Below are positions 1 through 9,682 of a stretch of DNA of 64,000 nt, piece by piece. The translations under genes were made by a program, and so were the position numbers. The notes beneath the pieces are model-generated. The model was not told where the DNA came from, did not search any database, and was given only the letters and a program-made list of their open reading frames with translations. Where the stretch lies: NCBI GenBank assembly GCA_022822425.1, contig JAJEBS010000004.1:5501-69500 (forward strand), written 5' to 3'. Position 1 is the stretch's first letter, and the number at the start of each line of letters is the position of its first letter. The stretch comes from Gemmatimonadota bacterium (GTDB lineage: Bacteria > Gemmatimonadota > Gemmatimonadetes > Longimicrobiales > Gaopeijiaceae).

Positions 1-1
1 C

Positions 2-2968
2 CTCACGGCGACACCCGTTCTGGCGCAAGGCGGCACCATCACCGGAAGCGTCGTCCACGGTGAGACGCTCCGCCCGCTGGCCGGTGCCCAGGTCTCGATC
101 CCCGAAACGGGGATCGGCGCAGTGGCCAACAGCCAGGGGCGCTACCTCTTCCTCAACGTGCCCGTCGGCACGCACCCGCTGCAGGTCCAGATGATCGGGT
201 ACGGCACGCAGGAAACCACGGTCACCGTGGCGTCCGGCCAGACGGCCACGGTGGACTTCCAGCTCGACATCGAGGCCCTCGGTCTGGATGAGATCGTCGT
301 CACCGGTACGGTCGGCACGATTCAACGCCGTGCGGTCGCCAACGTGGTCGGGACCATGAACGCGGCCGAGGAACTCGAGACCAGCGCGCCGGCGAACATC
401 CAGCAGATGCTTACCGGTCAGATCCCCGGGGTGTCCGTCCAGGTGGGCAGCGGCTCGGTCGGGTCGGGCGGCGGCATCATGATTCGCGGGCGGAGCACGG
501 TTGCCCTCGGCACCCAACCGCTCCTCTACATCGATGGAGTTCGAGCCAACGGGGGCGTCGTCGGCTTTGGCCCCTGGGTGAGCGACGGCACTTCCCGCCT
601 GAATGATCTCAACCCCGAGGAAATCGAGCGGATCGAGATCATCAAGGGCCCGGCGGCCGCCACGCTCTACGGCACCGAAGCCTCGGCCGGCGTGATTCAG
701 GTCATCACCAAGAAGGGCGTTCCGGGCCGCGCCACGGTCGAGGTCGTCTCCCGGCAGGGGGCCAACTGGTTCCACAATCCCGGCGGACGTCTCCCGACCA
801 ACTACGGGATCGGGTCGGACGGACGGACCATCATCTCGCAGCACCCCTACCAGGACGAGGCGGCTGCGGGACGGGATGTGTTCCGCACCGGCCTGGTTCA
901 GGGATACGTGGTCAACGTGAGAGGCGGCCGCGACAACCTCACGTACTTCTTCTCGGGGGCCTTCGACGACGAGGAAGGCTACCTGCCCAACAACGAGAAG
1001 ACGCGAACCAACGTGCGGGCCAATGTGCAGGCAGCTGTGACGGACGAACTCGACATGGCCGTCGATCTCGGCGTCGTCCGCAGTCTCCGGCACACGGCGC
1101 GAGACATCGACTTCGGCCTGATCGCGACCCACCAATTCGGCTCTCCGGTGACCCAGGACACGCCGCTGCGCGGGTTTTCGAACGCTCCCCCCGAAATCAC
1201 GGCGCTGCGCGACTGGCAGGACCGCCTGAACCGGGGGACGGTGTCGACCACGCTGAGCCACCGCCCGACCGAATGGCTGAGTCAGAGGATCGTGTGGGGA
1301 CTGGACTTCACCGATTCCAGACTCTCGACATTCGTGCCCCGCATGCCGGACACCCCGGAGGCTGCCTACTTCGGCTTCCACGGTTCCGAGGGGGGAGGCC
1401 AGGGTGCGAAGGGTGTTGAAGAGAAGCGGGACGTGAATCATACGTTCGACTACAACCTCACCGCCTCCTTCGAGCCGTTGGCCGACGTCACCGCGGCATC
1501 CTCGTTCGGGATCCAGTACTTCGTCCGCGAGTTCCGGGTGACCTCCGCGAGCGCGATCCAGATGCCGACCCCGGCCGTGTCCACGGTCTCATCGGGATCG
1601 GTCGCCACGGGTGGAGAGTCGTACGTCGCGAACAAGACCTTCGGCGTGTTCGGCCAGCAGACCCTCGGGTGGCGCGAACAGCTGTTCCTCACGGCCGCGC
1701 TCCGCGCGGACGCCAACAGCGCCTTCGGCGAGTCGTTCGACGCCGCGTACTATCCCAAACTGAGTGGAAGCTGGGTCATCAGCGATGCGGACTTCTTCAA
1801 TGTGCCGGCCGTCGAGACCCTGCGTCTGCGGGCCGCCTGGGGAAGGTCAGGGATGCAGCCGGACGCCTTCGCGGCTGTGCGGACCTACGTGCCGTCGGTG
1901 GGCCCGGGAGATGTTCCCACGGTAAGGCCAGGCGAAGTGGGCAATCCGGACCTCAAGCCCGAGGTCGGATCGGAACTGGAGGTCGGCTTCGATGCCAGCC
2001 TTCTCCAGGACCGCGTCAACCTGGAGCTGACCCATTACCGGCAGTCGACGCGCGACGCGATTCTGGTCGCCGCATCGGCGCCCTCGGGCGGCTTCTCCAC
2101 CAGCCGCTTCGTCAACGCGGGCCGGGTGGAGAACAACGGTTGGGAGCTGTCGCTTACCGGCCGACTCGTCCAGACGCGGGCGGTGGGCTTCAGCCTGACC
2201 GGAACGGTCTCCCACAACACCAACCTGCTGGCGGACAACGGCGGTCTTCCGCCCTTGCAAATCGACCGTCGGGGCCGTTTCCAGCACATCGAGGGCTGGC
2301 CCCTCGGCGCCAACTGGAGTCGGCATGTCGCCTCGGCCCAGTGGGGCGGGCCCGAGGGACGCAACCTGGTCAACATCATGTGCCACGGAGGTCCGCCGGG
2401 CGTCTTCAACATGGACGAGTCCGAGATCGGCAATCACCCGCCCGTCCCCTGCGGAAACGCTCCCTATTTCTTCACCGCCCAGGCCGGACCCGGATGGCTG
2501 GGCAGCCTCTCCTCGCAGTTGACGCTCGGCGACAACCTGACGCTCAGCGGGCTGTTCACGTGGTACGCGGACCGCACCCGGTTCAGCACGACGCAGTGGA
2601 AGCGGGACAACTCGTTCGGGAACTCCCTGCAGGGAGCGCAGGCGCGCATAGGTGAACTCGATCCCATCCTGGCCGCCTCGTTCCTGACGGCCGGCGTGGA
2701 GTGGCCGCACCACCAGAGGGAAGACCACATCCGCCTGCGCGACATCTCCCTCACCTACAGTCTGCCGACCAGCGTGGTCGAGGGGTTCGGGATGTCGCGG
2801 GCGACACTCACGGTCACCGGCCGGAACCTCTGGACGCCCTACGTGCACGAGAGCTTCACCGACCTCGATCCGGAATCGAAACACACGCGCGATCGGGAGT
2901 ACGGCTGGCAGCTGAATCCCCCACCCCTTGCACACTCCGTCATCACCACGCTGAGGGTGAGGTTCTGA
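2..2968 (+). CDS. SusC/RagA-type TonB-dependent outer-membrane receptor (5' end outside window)
   Basis: Frame stays open back to position 2 (LTATPVLAQGGTITGSV...), so the GTG at 122 is internal. It has an N-terminal carboxypeptidase-regulatory-like segment (GRYLFLNVPVGTHPLQVQMIGY) and a plug region (DEIVVTG...IERIEIIKGPAAATLYGTEASAGVIQVITKKG). It has a long beta-barrel ending in ...TTLRVRF. It is followed by a SusD-like lipoprotein. Confidence 0.85.
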   Translation, partial: LTATPVLAQGGTITGSVVHGETLRPLAGAQVSIPETGIGAVANSQGRYLFLNVPVGTHPLQVQMIGYGTQETTVTVASGQTATVDFQLDIEALGLDEIVVTGTVGTIQRRAVANVVGTMNAAEELETSAPANIQQMLTGQIPGVSVQVGSGSVGSGGGIMIRGRSTVALGTQPLLYIDGVRANGGVVGFGPWVSDGTSRLNDLNPEEIERIEIIKGPAAATLYGTEASAGVIQVITKKGVPGRATVEVVSRQGANWFHNPGGRLPTNYGIGSDGRTIISQHPYQDEAAAGRDVFRTGLVQGYVVNVRGGRDNLTYFFSGAFDDEEGYLPNNEKTRTNVRANVQAAVTDELDMAVDLGVVRSLRHTARDIDFGLIATHQFGSPVTQDTPLRGFSNAPPEITALRDWQDRLNRGTVSTTLSHRPTEWLSQRIVWGLDFTDSRLSTFVPRMPDTPEAAYFGFHGSEGGGQGAKGVEEKRDVNHTFDYNLTASFEPLADVTAASSFGIQYFVREFRVTSASAIQMPTPAVSTVSSGSVATGGESYVANKTFGVFGQQTLGWREQLFLTAALRADANSAFGESFDAAYYPKLSGSWVISDADFFNVPAVETLRLRAAWGRSGMQPDAFAAVRTYVPSVGPGDVPTVRPGEVGNPDLKPEVGSELEVGFDASLLQDRVNLELTHYRQSTRDAILVAASAPSGGFSTSRFVNAGRVENNGWELSLTGRLVQTRAVGFSLTGTVSHNTNLLADNGGLPPLQIDRRGRFQHIEGWPLGANWSRHVASAQWGGPEGRNLVNIMCHGGPPGVFNMDESEIGNHPPVPCGNAPYFFTAQAGPGWLGSLSSQLTLGDNLTLSGLFTWYADRTRFSTTQWKRDNSFGNSLQGAQARIGELDPILAASFLTAGVEWPHHQREDHIRLRDISLTYSLPTSVVEGFGMSRATLTVTGRNLWTPYVHESFTDLDPESKHTRDREYGWQLNPPPLAHSVITTLRVRF

Positions 2969-3045
2969 TGAGACGCCTACAGCCGAGTGACCGAGCACAA
3001 GACTGTTTCCTGCCGGTGCCGCCGGCAGGCGGAAAGGGGAGTCGC

Positions 3046-4302
3046 ATGCGCAATCGTATCCGTAGTCATCGTCTTCATCGCCTGAGTGTCGGCGGGCTGG
3101 CCCTAGCTCTGGCTCTGTCGCTCTCCGGGTGCGACAACCTTCTGGAGGTGGAGCTCCCCGGTGCCACAACCGCCGAAGCACTGGACGATCCGGGGTTCGC
3201 CACGTTGTTGACCACCAGCGTCCAGGGCGAGTTCGAGTGTGCCTATTCCAGCTTCATCTGGGGCACCTCCCACCTGGGCGGCGAGATCATTGGAGGGTTT
3301 GTCGAGGCGGGAGGCGCGGAGTGGCTGCAGCGCAACGTCACGCCGGCGAGCAGTGACTACGTCGGAAGCGGCTGCGGCGGTACCGGGGTGTACGCACCGA
3401 TGGCAACCGCTCGCGCGCTGGCCGACGACGTCATCGGCAGGCTTGAGGCCTGGTCCGACCAGGAGGTGCCGGGCCGAAGCGGATTGCTCGCGCAGGCCAA
3501 CCTGTACGCCGGTTACAACTACGTAATCTTCGGGGACGCAATGTGCAGCGCGGCCTTCGACAACGGCCCGGAGGTACAGCCACCGGCAATGTTCGAACTG
3601 GCCAGGGATCGCTTCACCGAAGTCATCTCGCTTGCGGACGATGCCGAGATCAGAAATGCCGCCTACGTCGGGCTCGCCCGGGCCAACCTTTCCCTGGGGG
3701 ACAACCAGGGGGCGCTCTCCGCAGCCGAGCAGGTCTCGCCCGGCTTCAGCTACGACGTGAGCCGCTCGTCGGCCAACAACTCGCGCCGCAACATCATCTA
3801 CCTGAACAACAATCAGAACCGCAGGATCTCCATCGACCCCCATTACTGGGACGTGACCTGGATGGGCGCCGCGGATCCGAGGGTGGACGTCACCAATACG
3901 GGCGGCAAGACCACCGACGGGGTGACGGACCTGTGGCTCCAGACCAAGTATGGCTCGGATTCGGCGCCCTATCGGCTTGCCAGCCATGTGGAGGCGCAGT
4001 TGATCATCGCCGAGGTCGTGGGAGGACAGAGAGCCGTCGACATCATCAACGAGCTTCACACCGCTGCGGGAATTCCACCCTTCGAGGGTGGCTCGGAGGC
4101 GGAGATCCGGGCTCAGGTCATCGAGGAGAGGCGGCGCGAGTTCTTCCTCGAGGGCAAGAGGTTCGGCGACCTGCGCCGCTACGGCGGATTCGACGAGTGG
4201 ACCAAGGGCACGCATCCGTTCACCCCTATCACCTACGGGGGCAACGAGTGCATGCCGCTGCCCAACGTGGAGCGGTTCAACAACCCGAGCCTCTCGGGCT
4301 GA
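3046..4302 (+). CDS. SusD/RagB-family outer-membrane lipoprotein
   Basis: ATG at 3046 follows GGAAAGGGGA. Lipoprotein signal LALALSLSGC is present. The C-terminal EERRREFFLEGKRFGDLRR motif is typical of SusD/RagB. It lies directly downstream of SusC. The 5' part of ORF 2701.. overlaps SusC and was trimmed; ATG 2968 is an alternative start. Confidence 0.8.
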   Translation: MRNRIRSHRLHRLSVGGLALALALSLSGCDNLLEVELPGATTAEALDDPGFATLLTTSVQGEFECAYSSFIWGTSHLGGEIIGGFVEAGGAEWLQRNVTPASSDYVGSGCGGTGVYAPMATARALADDVIGRLEAWSDQEVPGRSGLLAQANLYAGYNYVIFGDAMCSAAFDNGPEVQPPAMFELARDRFTEVISLADDAEIRNAAYVGLARANLSLGDNQGALSAAEQVSPGFSYDVSRSSANNSRRNIIYLNNNQNRRISIDPHYWDVTWMGAADPRVDVTNTGGKTTDGVTDLWLQTKYGSDSAPYRLASHVEAQLIIAEVVGGQRAVDIINELHTAAGIPPFEGGSEAEIRAQVIEERRREFFLEGKRFGDLRRYGGFDEWTKGTHPFTPITYGGNECMPLPNVERFNNPSLSG

Positions 4303-4383
4303 AGAGATCGAACAGAAGGCGCCCCGCCGGCTCCCTGAGCCCGGTGCCGGCGGGGCGCACCCCTTGCCTGAAACACTTGCCGA

Positions 4384-4893
4384 ATGCCGCTCGTGAGCAG
4401 AATGCGGATCCGTAGATACGCTTGGCTGGCCGCCGTCCAACTCCTGTGTTCAGGATGTTTCGGCTACGTCACCGCGGAACCGGAAACCGTGCCCCCCGGC
4501 CACAACGTGCGTGTCTACTTGATGCAGGAAGGGCTGGGCGACCTCGCCGGCTTCGCCCCCGGCCTCAGGATGGACGGCACGTTTCTTCGCGTTGACGGCG
4601 ATCAGCTCGTCCTGCGCGTCCCCGTCACGGACCAGACGGTGGGAATCATGACCCGATCGCTGGGGCAGGACCTGTCCATCCCCGCCGGCCGCATCGTTCG
4701 ACTCGAGCGGCGCGAACTGGACCGCAGACGAACCTGGTTGACTGCCGGGGTGGGCGCCGCCGCCGTGGCCGCGATGCTCACAAGCTTCGGGGAAGGAGTC
4801 CCGAATCCCGACCTGCCGCCCGTGGAGGAGGATCCCGCCGGACTGACGGCTTTCAGAGCGGCGGTCTCCCTGTTCACGATTCCGGTCCGGTAG
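4384..4893 (+). CDS. hypothetical lipoprotein with C-terminal hydrophobic segment
   Basis: Signal and lipobox-like LLCSGC near the N-terminus. No recognisable domain. The start could be ATG 4402. Confidence 0.45.
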   Translation: MPLVSRMRIRRYAWLAAVQLLCSGCFGYVTAEPETVPPGHNVRVYLMQEGLGDLAGFAPGLRMDGTFLRVDGDQLVLRVPVTDQTVGIMTRSLGQDLSIPAGRIVRLERRELDRRRTWLTAGVGAAAVAAMLTSFGEGVPNPDLPPVEEDPAGLTAFRAAVSLFTIPVR

Positions 4894-4898
4894 CCTCC

Positions 4899-6737
4899 GT
4901 GCTCAGTCGGACGATTCGCAGCTCCACGCCTTGCTGGCGCCTGCTCGGCGGCCTCCCACTGCTCGTGCCGCTGAGCCCGGTACCCGCGGCAGGTGCCCAG
5001 GAAGCATCCCCCTGGGACGAGATGGTCGCCTCCGAAGAGGCCATCGTTCAGATCGCTCCCCTGCTCAAGCGCCTCGACCACTCGGTCCTGAACCTTCACC
5101 TCCCCGACGAGTCCGCCCGGACCGTGTTCGGAGACCTCGTGCGGGTTGTCGATCTTGACTCGGTCGAATACGGGACGGGAAACGGGCTCGGTGGGGTCGG
5201 GAGAACTTCCCATCAGCCTGCGGCGGGTGAAGTTGCCCGACGGGATCTCGCCCTGTGGCGGCCGCTCCTGGATCACGTCGAGTACTTCGACCATGCCAGG
5301 TTCGTGGTGATCCGCGGTCAGCTGCGCGCCGACAACCCGGAACGCCTGGAGACCGACCTGGGCTTTCAGGCCCTGGCACACGTCGCGGACGGTCGGCTGT
5401 GGCTGCGCGGCGAGTTGAGCGCCACATGGGCAGCCGGGCCTCCGTTGCAGAAGGACGGACCGCCCTCGTGGAGAATCGCGGAGTGGCGAACCGGCGAGCT
5501 ACGGACCGTGGCTGTCGATCGCCCGCTCTTCGCCGAAGTCCTGGATCACGTCCTGGAGCCCGAAGCGCTCGGGCCGGCGCGCCGCTCCATCCACGAGGAA
5601 TTCGTCCTCGAGTGGCTGCTCAACCCGGAGGGCTTCCAGAGTCCCACCCCCTATTTCGATCCGCAGTCTGCCGACCGCCACCCCGGGATTGCGGTCACGG
5701 ACGTGAACGGAGACGGCCTTGACGACATCTATGTCACGGCGCGCTGGGGTCCGAACCAGCTCTTCCAGAACCAGGGCGACGGTACGTTCGCGGAGGTCGG
5801 GGGACAGGTTGGCCTCGACGTGTCGCACCTGACCTCGGCGGCGCTGTTCGCCGACTTCGACAACGATGGCGACCAGGACGTGTTTCTCGGCCGGACGCTG
5901 CAGCCGAGCATGTATCTCGTCAACGAGGGCGGCCGGTTCGTCGATCGGTCGCTCGACCTGGTCGACGGGCCGCTGCCGGCACTCGTCTCTTCGCTTTCCG
6001 CCGTCGACTACGACCATGACGGGCTCCTCGACCTCTACATCTCCACATTTGCCGCCGGCCTGCATCCGATTGAGACGATGGCGTTCCTCGACGAGCTGGA
6101 CGGATCCCGCCTGTGGGCGCTGAAGCTCTCCGGGGAAGACCATGTCATCAAAAACCGGTTCGGGCCGCCCAACGTCCTGCTGAAGAACGGCGGCGGCGGG
6201 CGGTTTGCGCGCGTGCAGGACACCAGCCTGGAGCTCTTCAAGAACACGTACCAGTCCACCTGGGCCGACTACGACAATGACGGCGACATGGACGTCTACA
6301 CCGTGAACGACTTCGCGCCCAACAACCTCTATCGCAACGACGGCGGGGGGGAGTTCACGGATGTCACGGAGGCGACCGGGACGGCCGACCTCGGCTTCGG
6401 CATGGGGGCGTCGTGGGGCGACTATGACACAGACGGCCTGCAGGACCTCTATGTGACAAACATGCACAGCAAGGCCGGCCTGCGCATTGCCGCCCGGCTG
6501 AACGACGCAGACGGCAACTTCAGACGGATGGCCCGCGGCAATACGCTGTTCCGAAACAGGATGGGTGGCTTTGAACAGGTTTCCGCCCTCGAGCCACCGG
6601 GGCTGCTGGTCGAGGCGGCGGGATGGGGCTGGGGCAGTCAGTTCCTCGACTTGGACAACGACTCGGACCTCGATATCTACGCTTTGAGCGGATTCTACAC
6701 CGCTCCATCGGCGGTCGAGCTGCCCATAGACATATGA
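4899..6737 (+). CDS. CRTAC1/ASPIC-family FG-GAP (VCBS) repeat protein, N-terminal part ending at in-frame TGA 6735-6737
   Basis: Repeated Ca-binding FG-GAP motifs: DVNGDGLDDIYV, DFDNDGDQDVFL, DYDHDGLLDLYI, DYDNDGDMDVYTVNDFAPNNLYRNDGGGEFTDV, GDYDTDGLQDLYVTNM, DLDNDSDLDIYA. GTG start is 6 nt after the upstream stop. It is in the same reading frame as ORF 6759..7886. Confidence 0.8.
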   Translation: MLSRTIRSSTPCWRLLGGLPLLVPLSPVPAAGAQEASPWDEMVASEEAIVQIAPLLKRLDHSVLNLHLPDESARTVFGDLVRVVDLDSVEYGTGNGLGGVGRTSHQPAAGEVARRDLALWRPLLDHVEYFDHARFVVIRGQLRADNPERLETDLGFQALAHVADGRLWLRGELSATWAAGPPLQKDGPPSWRIAEWRTGELRTVAVDRPLFAEVLDHVLEPEALGPARRSIHEEFVLEWLLNPEGFQSPTPYFDPQSADRHPGIAVTDVNGDGLDDIYVTARWGPNQLFQNQGDGTFAEVGGQVGLDVSHLTSAALFADFDNDGDQDVFLGRTLQPSMYLVNEGGRFVDRSLDLVDGPLPALVSSLSAVDYDHDGLLDLYISTFAAGLHPIETMAFLDELDGSRLWALKLSGEDHVIKNRFGPPNVLLKNGGGGRFARVQDTSLELFKNTYQSTWADYDNDGDMDVYTVNDFAPNNLYRNDGGGEFTDVTEATGTADLGFGMGASWGDYDTDGLQDLYVTNMHSKAGLRIAARLNDADGNFRRMARGNTLFRNRMGGFEQVSALEPPGLLVEAAGWGWGSQFLDLDNDSDLDIYALSGFYTAPSAVELPIDI

Positions 6738-6758
6738 ACGGACTTCTGGCGCGCAGTT

Positions 6759-7886
6759 GTGCGCTCGGACGAGCATCCGGAAGCACTCCTGCTCGAAACC
6801 GACCGGTATTCCAGGGCGTCGGAGCGGATCAAGTCGGGCGCGTCGTTCAGCGGACACGAGCGCAATCACGTGTTCCTGAACCAGAACGGCGATGACTACG
6901 TCGAGGTCTCCGGCATCTCCGGCCTCGATCATCCGGGAGACAGTAGAGCCTTCGCCGTTCTCGACTACGACATGGACGGGTGGCAGGACATCGCGGTGGT
7001 CAACGCGAACGCACCGCTGTTCCAGCTGTTCCGCAACCGGATGGGCGAGCGCCGTGATCCGGGAGGGATGGTCGCGATTCGCTTCGTCGGCGGAAACCGG
7101 TATGCATTCCCGACCAGCCAGTGGAGCAGCCGCGATGCGTACGGAGCGCGCGTAGTGCTGGAGGTCGAAGGCCGTGAACTGCTTCGCGAGCACCGCGCCG
7201 GCGAGGGTCTCGCCGCGCAGAACTCGGCTACGATGCGCGTCGGCATCGGGAGCACGCGAGAAGTCGCCAGGCTCGAGATTCGGTGGCCGTCCGGACGGTA
7301 CGCGGAAGCGCACGCCATCCCGGCGGGAACGCTGGTCACGGCCTACGAGGATCCGTCAGCTTCGCCCACGGGCACGCCGTTCGTCCTTACGCCCTACCGG
7401 GCCTCCGGCCAGCAGCCCGCGGTCACCGCGGCCGCGAAGGCCCCGCCTGACGCCGGGGCCGCGCACCGGTCGATTCGAGCTGCGCAGGAGGTTCTCCCAG
7501 GGGAACGGGCCCGTCTCATCCTCTATACGACGGTCGCCACATGGTGCGCGCCGTGCCTCGACGAGCTACCGAGCCTCAACCTTCTGAGCAGGATCTTCGC
7601 GAGCGCGGACCTGGAGATCTTCGGGGTACCCTACGATCCGGAAGAAACGCCGGAGGTCTTCAGGGCGTGGGCGGACCGTTACAAGCCGCCCTATCGCATT
7701 CTGACCGAGTTGACGGCCGCGCAGCGCGATGCGGTCATCGGTGGGGCCCTTGAGGCCTTGCACATCGAAGGACTCCCCGCAGCCGTGGTCACCGATTCCG
7801 GCGGCGAAGTGCTGCTCGCGCGCTGGGGGCCGCCCTCCGTCTCGGAGCTTCGCGCCCTTCTCGAGCGTCTGGAGGACGGCAGATGA
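6759..7886 (+). CDS. C-terminal part of the CRTAC1/ASPIC protein (FG-GAP, UnbV_ASPIC domain, thioredoxin-like TlpA/redoxin domain)
   Basis: VLDYDMDGWQDIAVVNANAPLFQLFRN (FG-GAP). YGARVVLEVEGRELLREHRAGEGLAAQNSATMRVGIGSTREVARLEIRWPSGR (ASPIC/UnbV signature). C-terminal LILYTTVATWCAPCLDELPSL (CxxC redoxin). It is in frame with 4899..6737; codons 6738-6758 (TDFWRAV) are also open, and there is no SD before the GTG at 6759. Confidence 0.75.
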   Translation: MRSDEHPEALLLETDRYSRASERIKSGASFSGHERNHVFLNQNGDDYVEVSGISGLDHPGDSRAFAVLDYDMDGWQDIAVVNANAPLFQLFRNRMGERRDPGGMVAIRFVGGNRYAFPTSQWSSRDAYGARVVLEVEGRELLREHRAGEGLAAQNSATMRVGIGSTREVARLEIRWPSGRYAEAHAIPAGTLVTAYEDPSASPTGTPFVLTPYRASGQQPAVTAAAKAPPDAGAAHRSIRAAQEVLPGERARLILYTTVATWCAPCLDELPSLNLLSRIFASADLEIFGVPYDPEETPEVFRAWADRYKPPYRILTELTAAQRDAVIGGALEALHIEGLPAAVVTDSGGEVLLARWGPPSVSELRALLERLEDGR

Positions 7887-8413
7887 TGATCGGCGCGGCC
7901 TCCTCGTGGTACCGTTGGATTCGGGCGAGGATCGCTCCGGCGCCGGCGGCTCTGGTCCTGATCTTCGCAGCCGTACCCGGCGAGGCACAGGTGCGCGTAC
8001 AAGGCGCCGGATCGGGGCGCCCGTCGGTGTCCGCCGAGGTGGTGCGCGGAAGCCTGGTGCCGCAGGCGGACGCAGTGTCGTTTCGCATCTCGGTAGAGGT
8101 CCCCCGGCAGCATCACGGATATCTCGACAGGGGAGACGACGGGTTCTTCATCCCATTCGCGTTCTCGTTCCCCGACCTCGAGGGGACCGGGATCCGGGTC
8201 GAGATGACCGCCGCGCCTTCCGGTGCCCGGGACGACGAGGTGCGTGCGCAGGTGCTGCGCGGCCGCGGCGAGTTCGCGTTCAGGCTCGCGCCGGCGCCGG
8301 ATCACGGCGGTGAAGTGGCCGCATATCTCCGCTACCAGATCTGCGACGACGTGACCCGGCGGTGCTACCCGCCCGGCAGGCTCGGCATTCCTGTCGTCAT
8401 TGGCCCACCATAG
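7883..8413 (+). CDS. secreted DsbD-N-terminal-like (thiol-disulfide interchange, DsbD alpha-like) domain protein
   Basis: ATGA overlap with the upstream stop. Has a signal peptide. C-terminal YLRYQICDDVTRRCYPPG resembles the C..CYPP motif of the DsbD N-terminal domain. Confidence 0.5.
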   Translation: MMIGAASSWYRWIRARIAPAPAALVLIFAAVPGEAQVRVQGAGSGRPSVSAEVVRGSLVPQADAVSFRISVEVPRQHHGYLDRGDDGFFIPFAFSFPDLEGTGIRVEMTAAPSGARDDEVRAQVLRGRGEFAFRLAPAPDHGGEVAAYLRYQICDDVTRRCYPPGRLGIPVVIGPP

Positions 8414-8539
8414 CAAGCAAGCTGCACACTGGACCGGCCGCCAGGAGGTTGGCCGGCAGCGGCTGTGCCACGAAGCCGTTCTATCTGCTCCGCGAGCGTC
8501 CTCCCGCTGGTTGCCGGCGGGGCTGTCCGGTGGCCGGGG

Positions 8540-9682
8540 CTACCCTCCGGCCTGCGCCACGTACTTCGTGAGCCCTCCGCCCGCGAATGGCCGCGAAATC
8601 GGACCCTCGGCGGCGTAGACGTTACCGTCCGCGTCGACCGCTACTCCCTCACCCGCGGCACCGTGGGGCCTGTCTTCCACCGGGTGGGGCGGAATGAACG
8701 CCGTGACCCGATCTTCGCTGGCGTGGCCGACGCGGATCCCGGTCATCCAGTCCGGATGGTTGTTCGGATTCGACTCCGAGTCGATGGCGTACAGCATGTC
8801 GTTGTCGTCGATGAAGAGCCCGCTGATCCGGCTGAACTGGTGGTAGGTGTCGAGGAGGTTGCCTTCCTGGTCGAAGATCTGGATGCGGTGATTGCCGCGG
8901 TCCGCCACGAACAGGCGCCCCTGGGAGTCGAGCTCGAGGGCGTGTGGCGTCCGGAATTCCCCGGGTCCCGTACCGATCTGGCCCCACTCCATCATGTATT
9001 CGCCCTCGGGGCTGAACTTGATGATGCGCCCGGTCGCGCCGGGAGGAACGTTCGCGTTCTGGCCGCTGTGGCCGTCGGAGACGAAGATGTAGCCTTCGGG
9101 CGTGGTAATGACATCGCAGGGCTGGTTGAAGTGATCCGGACCGCTCCCGGCGACACCGGCGGTCCCGAGCGTCATGAGGATCTCGCCCTCGGGGCTGAAC
9201 TTGAAGACCTGGTGGCCCTTGGTCTGCTCCGCGTCGCCCGATGAGTCGGTGACCCAGACGTTCCCCTCCTGATCCACGTGCAGCCCGTGCGGGAGGATGA
9301 ACAGCCCCGCCCCGAAGCTGGTGAGCACCTCTCCGGTTTCGCGGTCGAACTTGAGGATGGGATCCACGTTGGAGGTGCCGCAGCCGTCAGTGAGCGCGTT
9401 GCCGCCACAGCGGTCGTAAGCCCACAGCTGGCCGTCCGGCCCGATGTCCACACCCGCCGTGGACCCCCACTCGCGATCGTCCGGCAGCGGTCCGAAGCCG
9501 ATGACGACCTCGGACGTGGGGTTGGGCAGATCGCCGGCCATGGCGGGATCGGTAACGTCGACGGGATCGGCCTCCATGGCCGCGTCGTCCCCTCCGTTGT
9601 CGGCCGGAGCACAGGCCCATGCTCCGAGAACGAGGACTATGGTGAGGCTGATGGCAAGGTTGGAGTCGTCGGTCGCGAACAT
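8540..9682 (-). CDS. NHL-repeat beta-propeller protein (peptidyl-alpha-hydroxyglycine amidating lyase-like), secreted
   Basis: Repeated NHL blades: PHGLHVDQEGNVWVTD, FNQPCDVITTPEGYIFVSDGH, FRTPHALELDSQGRLFVADRGNHRIQIFDQEGN. ATG at 9682 is preceded by GGGAGGTG. The longer ORF to 10027 runs into tRNA-Ser and was trimmed. Confidence 0.8.
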   Translation of the reverse strand: MFATDDSNLAISLTIVLVLGAWACAPADNGGDDAAMEADPVDVTDPAMAGDLPNPTSEVVIGFGPLPDDREWGSTAGVDIGPDGQLWAYDRCGGNALTDGCGTSNVDPILKFDRETGEVLTSFGAGLFILPHGLHVDQEGNVWVTDSSGDAEQTKGHQVFKFSPEGEILMTLGTAGVAGSGPDHFNQPCDVITTPEGYIFVSDGHSGQNANVPPGATGRIIKFSPEGEYMMEWGQIGTGPGEFRTPHALELDSQGRLFVADRGNHRIQIFDQEGNLLDTYHQFSRISGLFIDDNDMLYAIDSESNPNNHPDWMTGIRVGHASEDRVTAFIPPHPVEDRPHGAAGEGVAVDADGNVYAAEGPISRPFAGGGLTKYVAQAGG

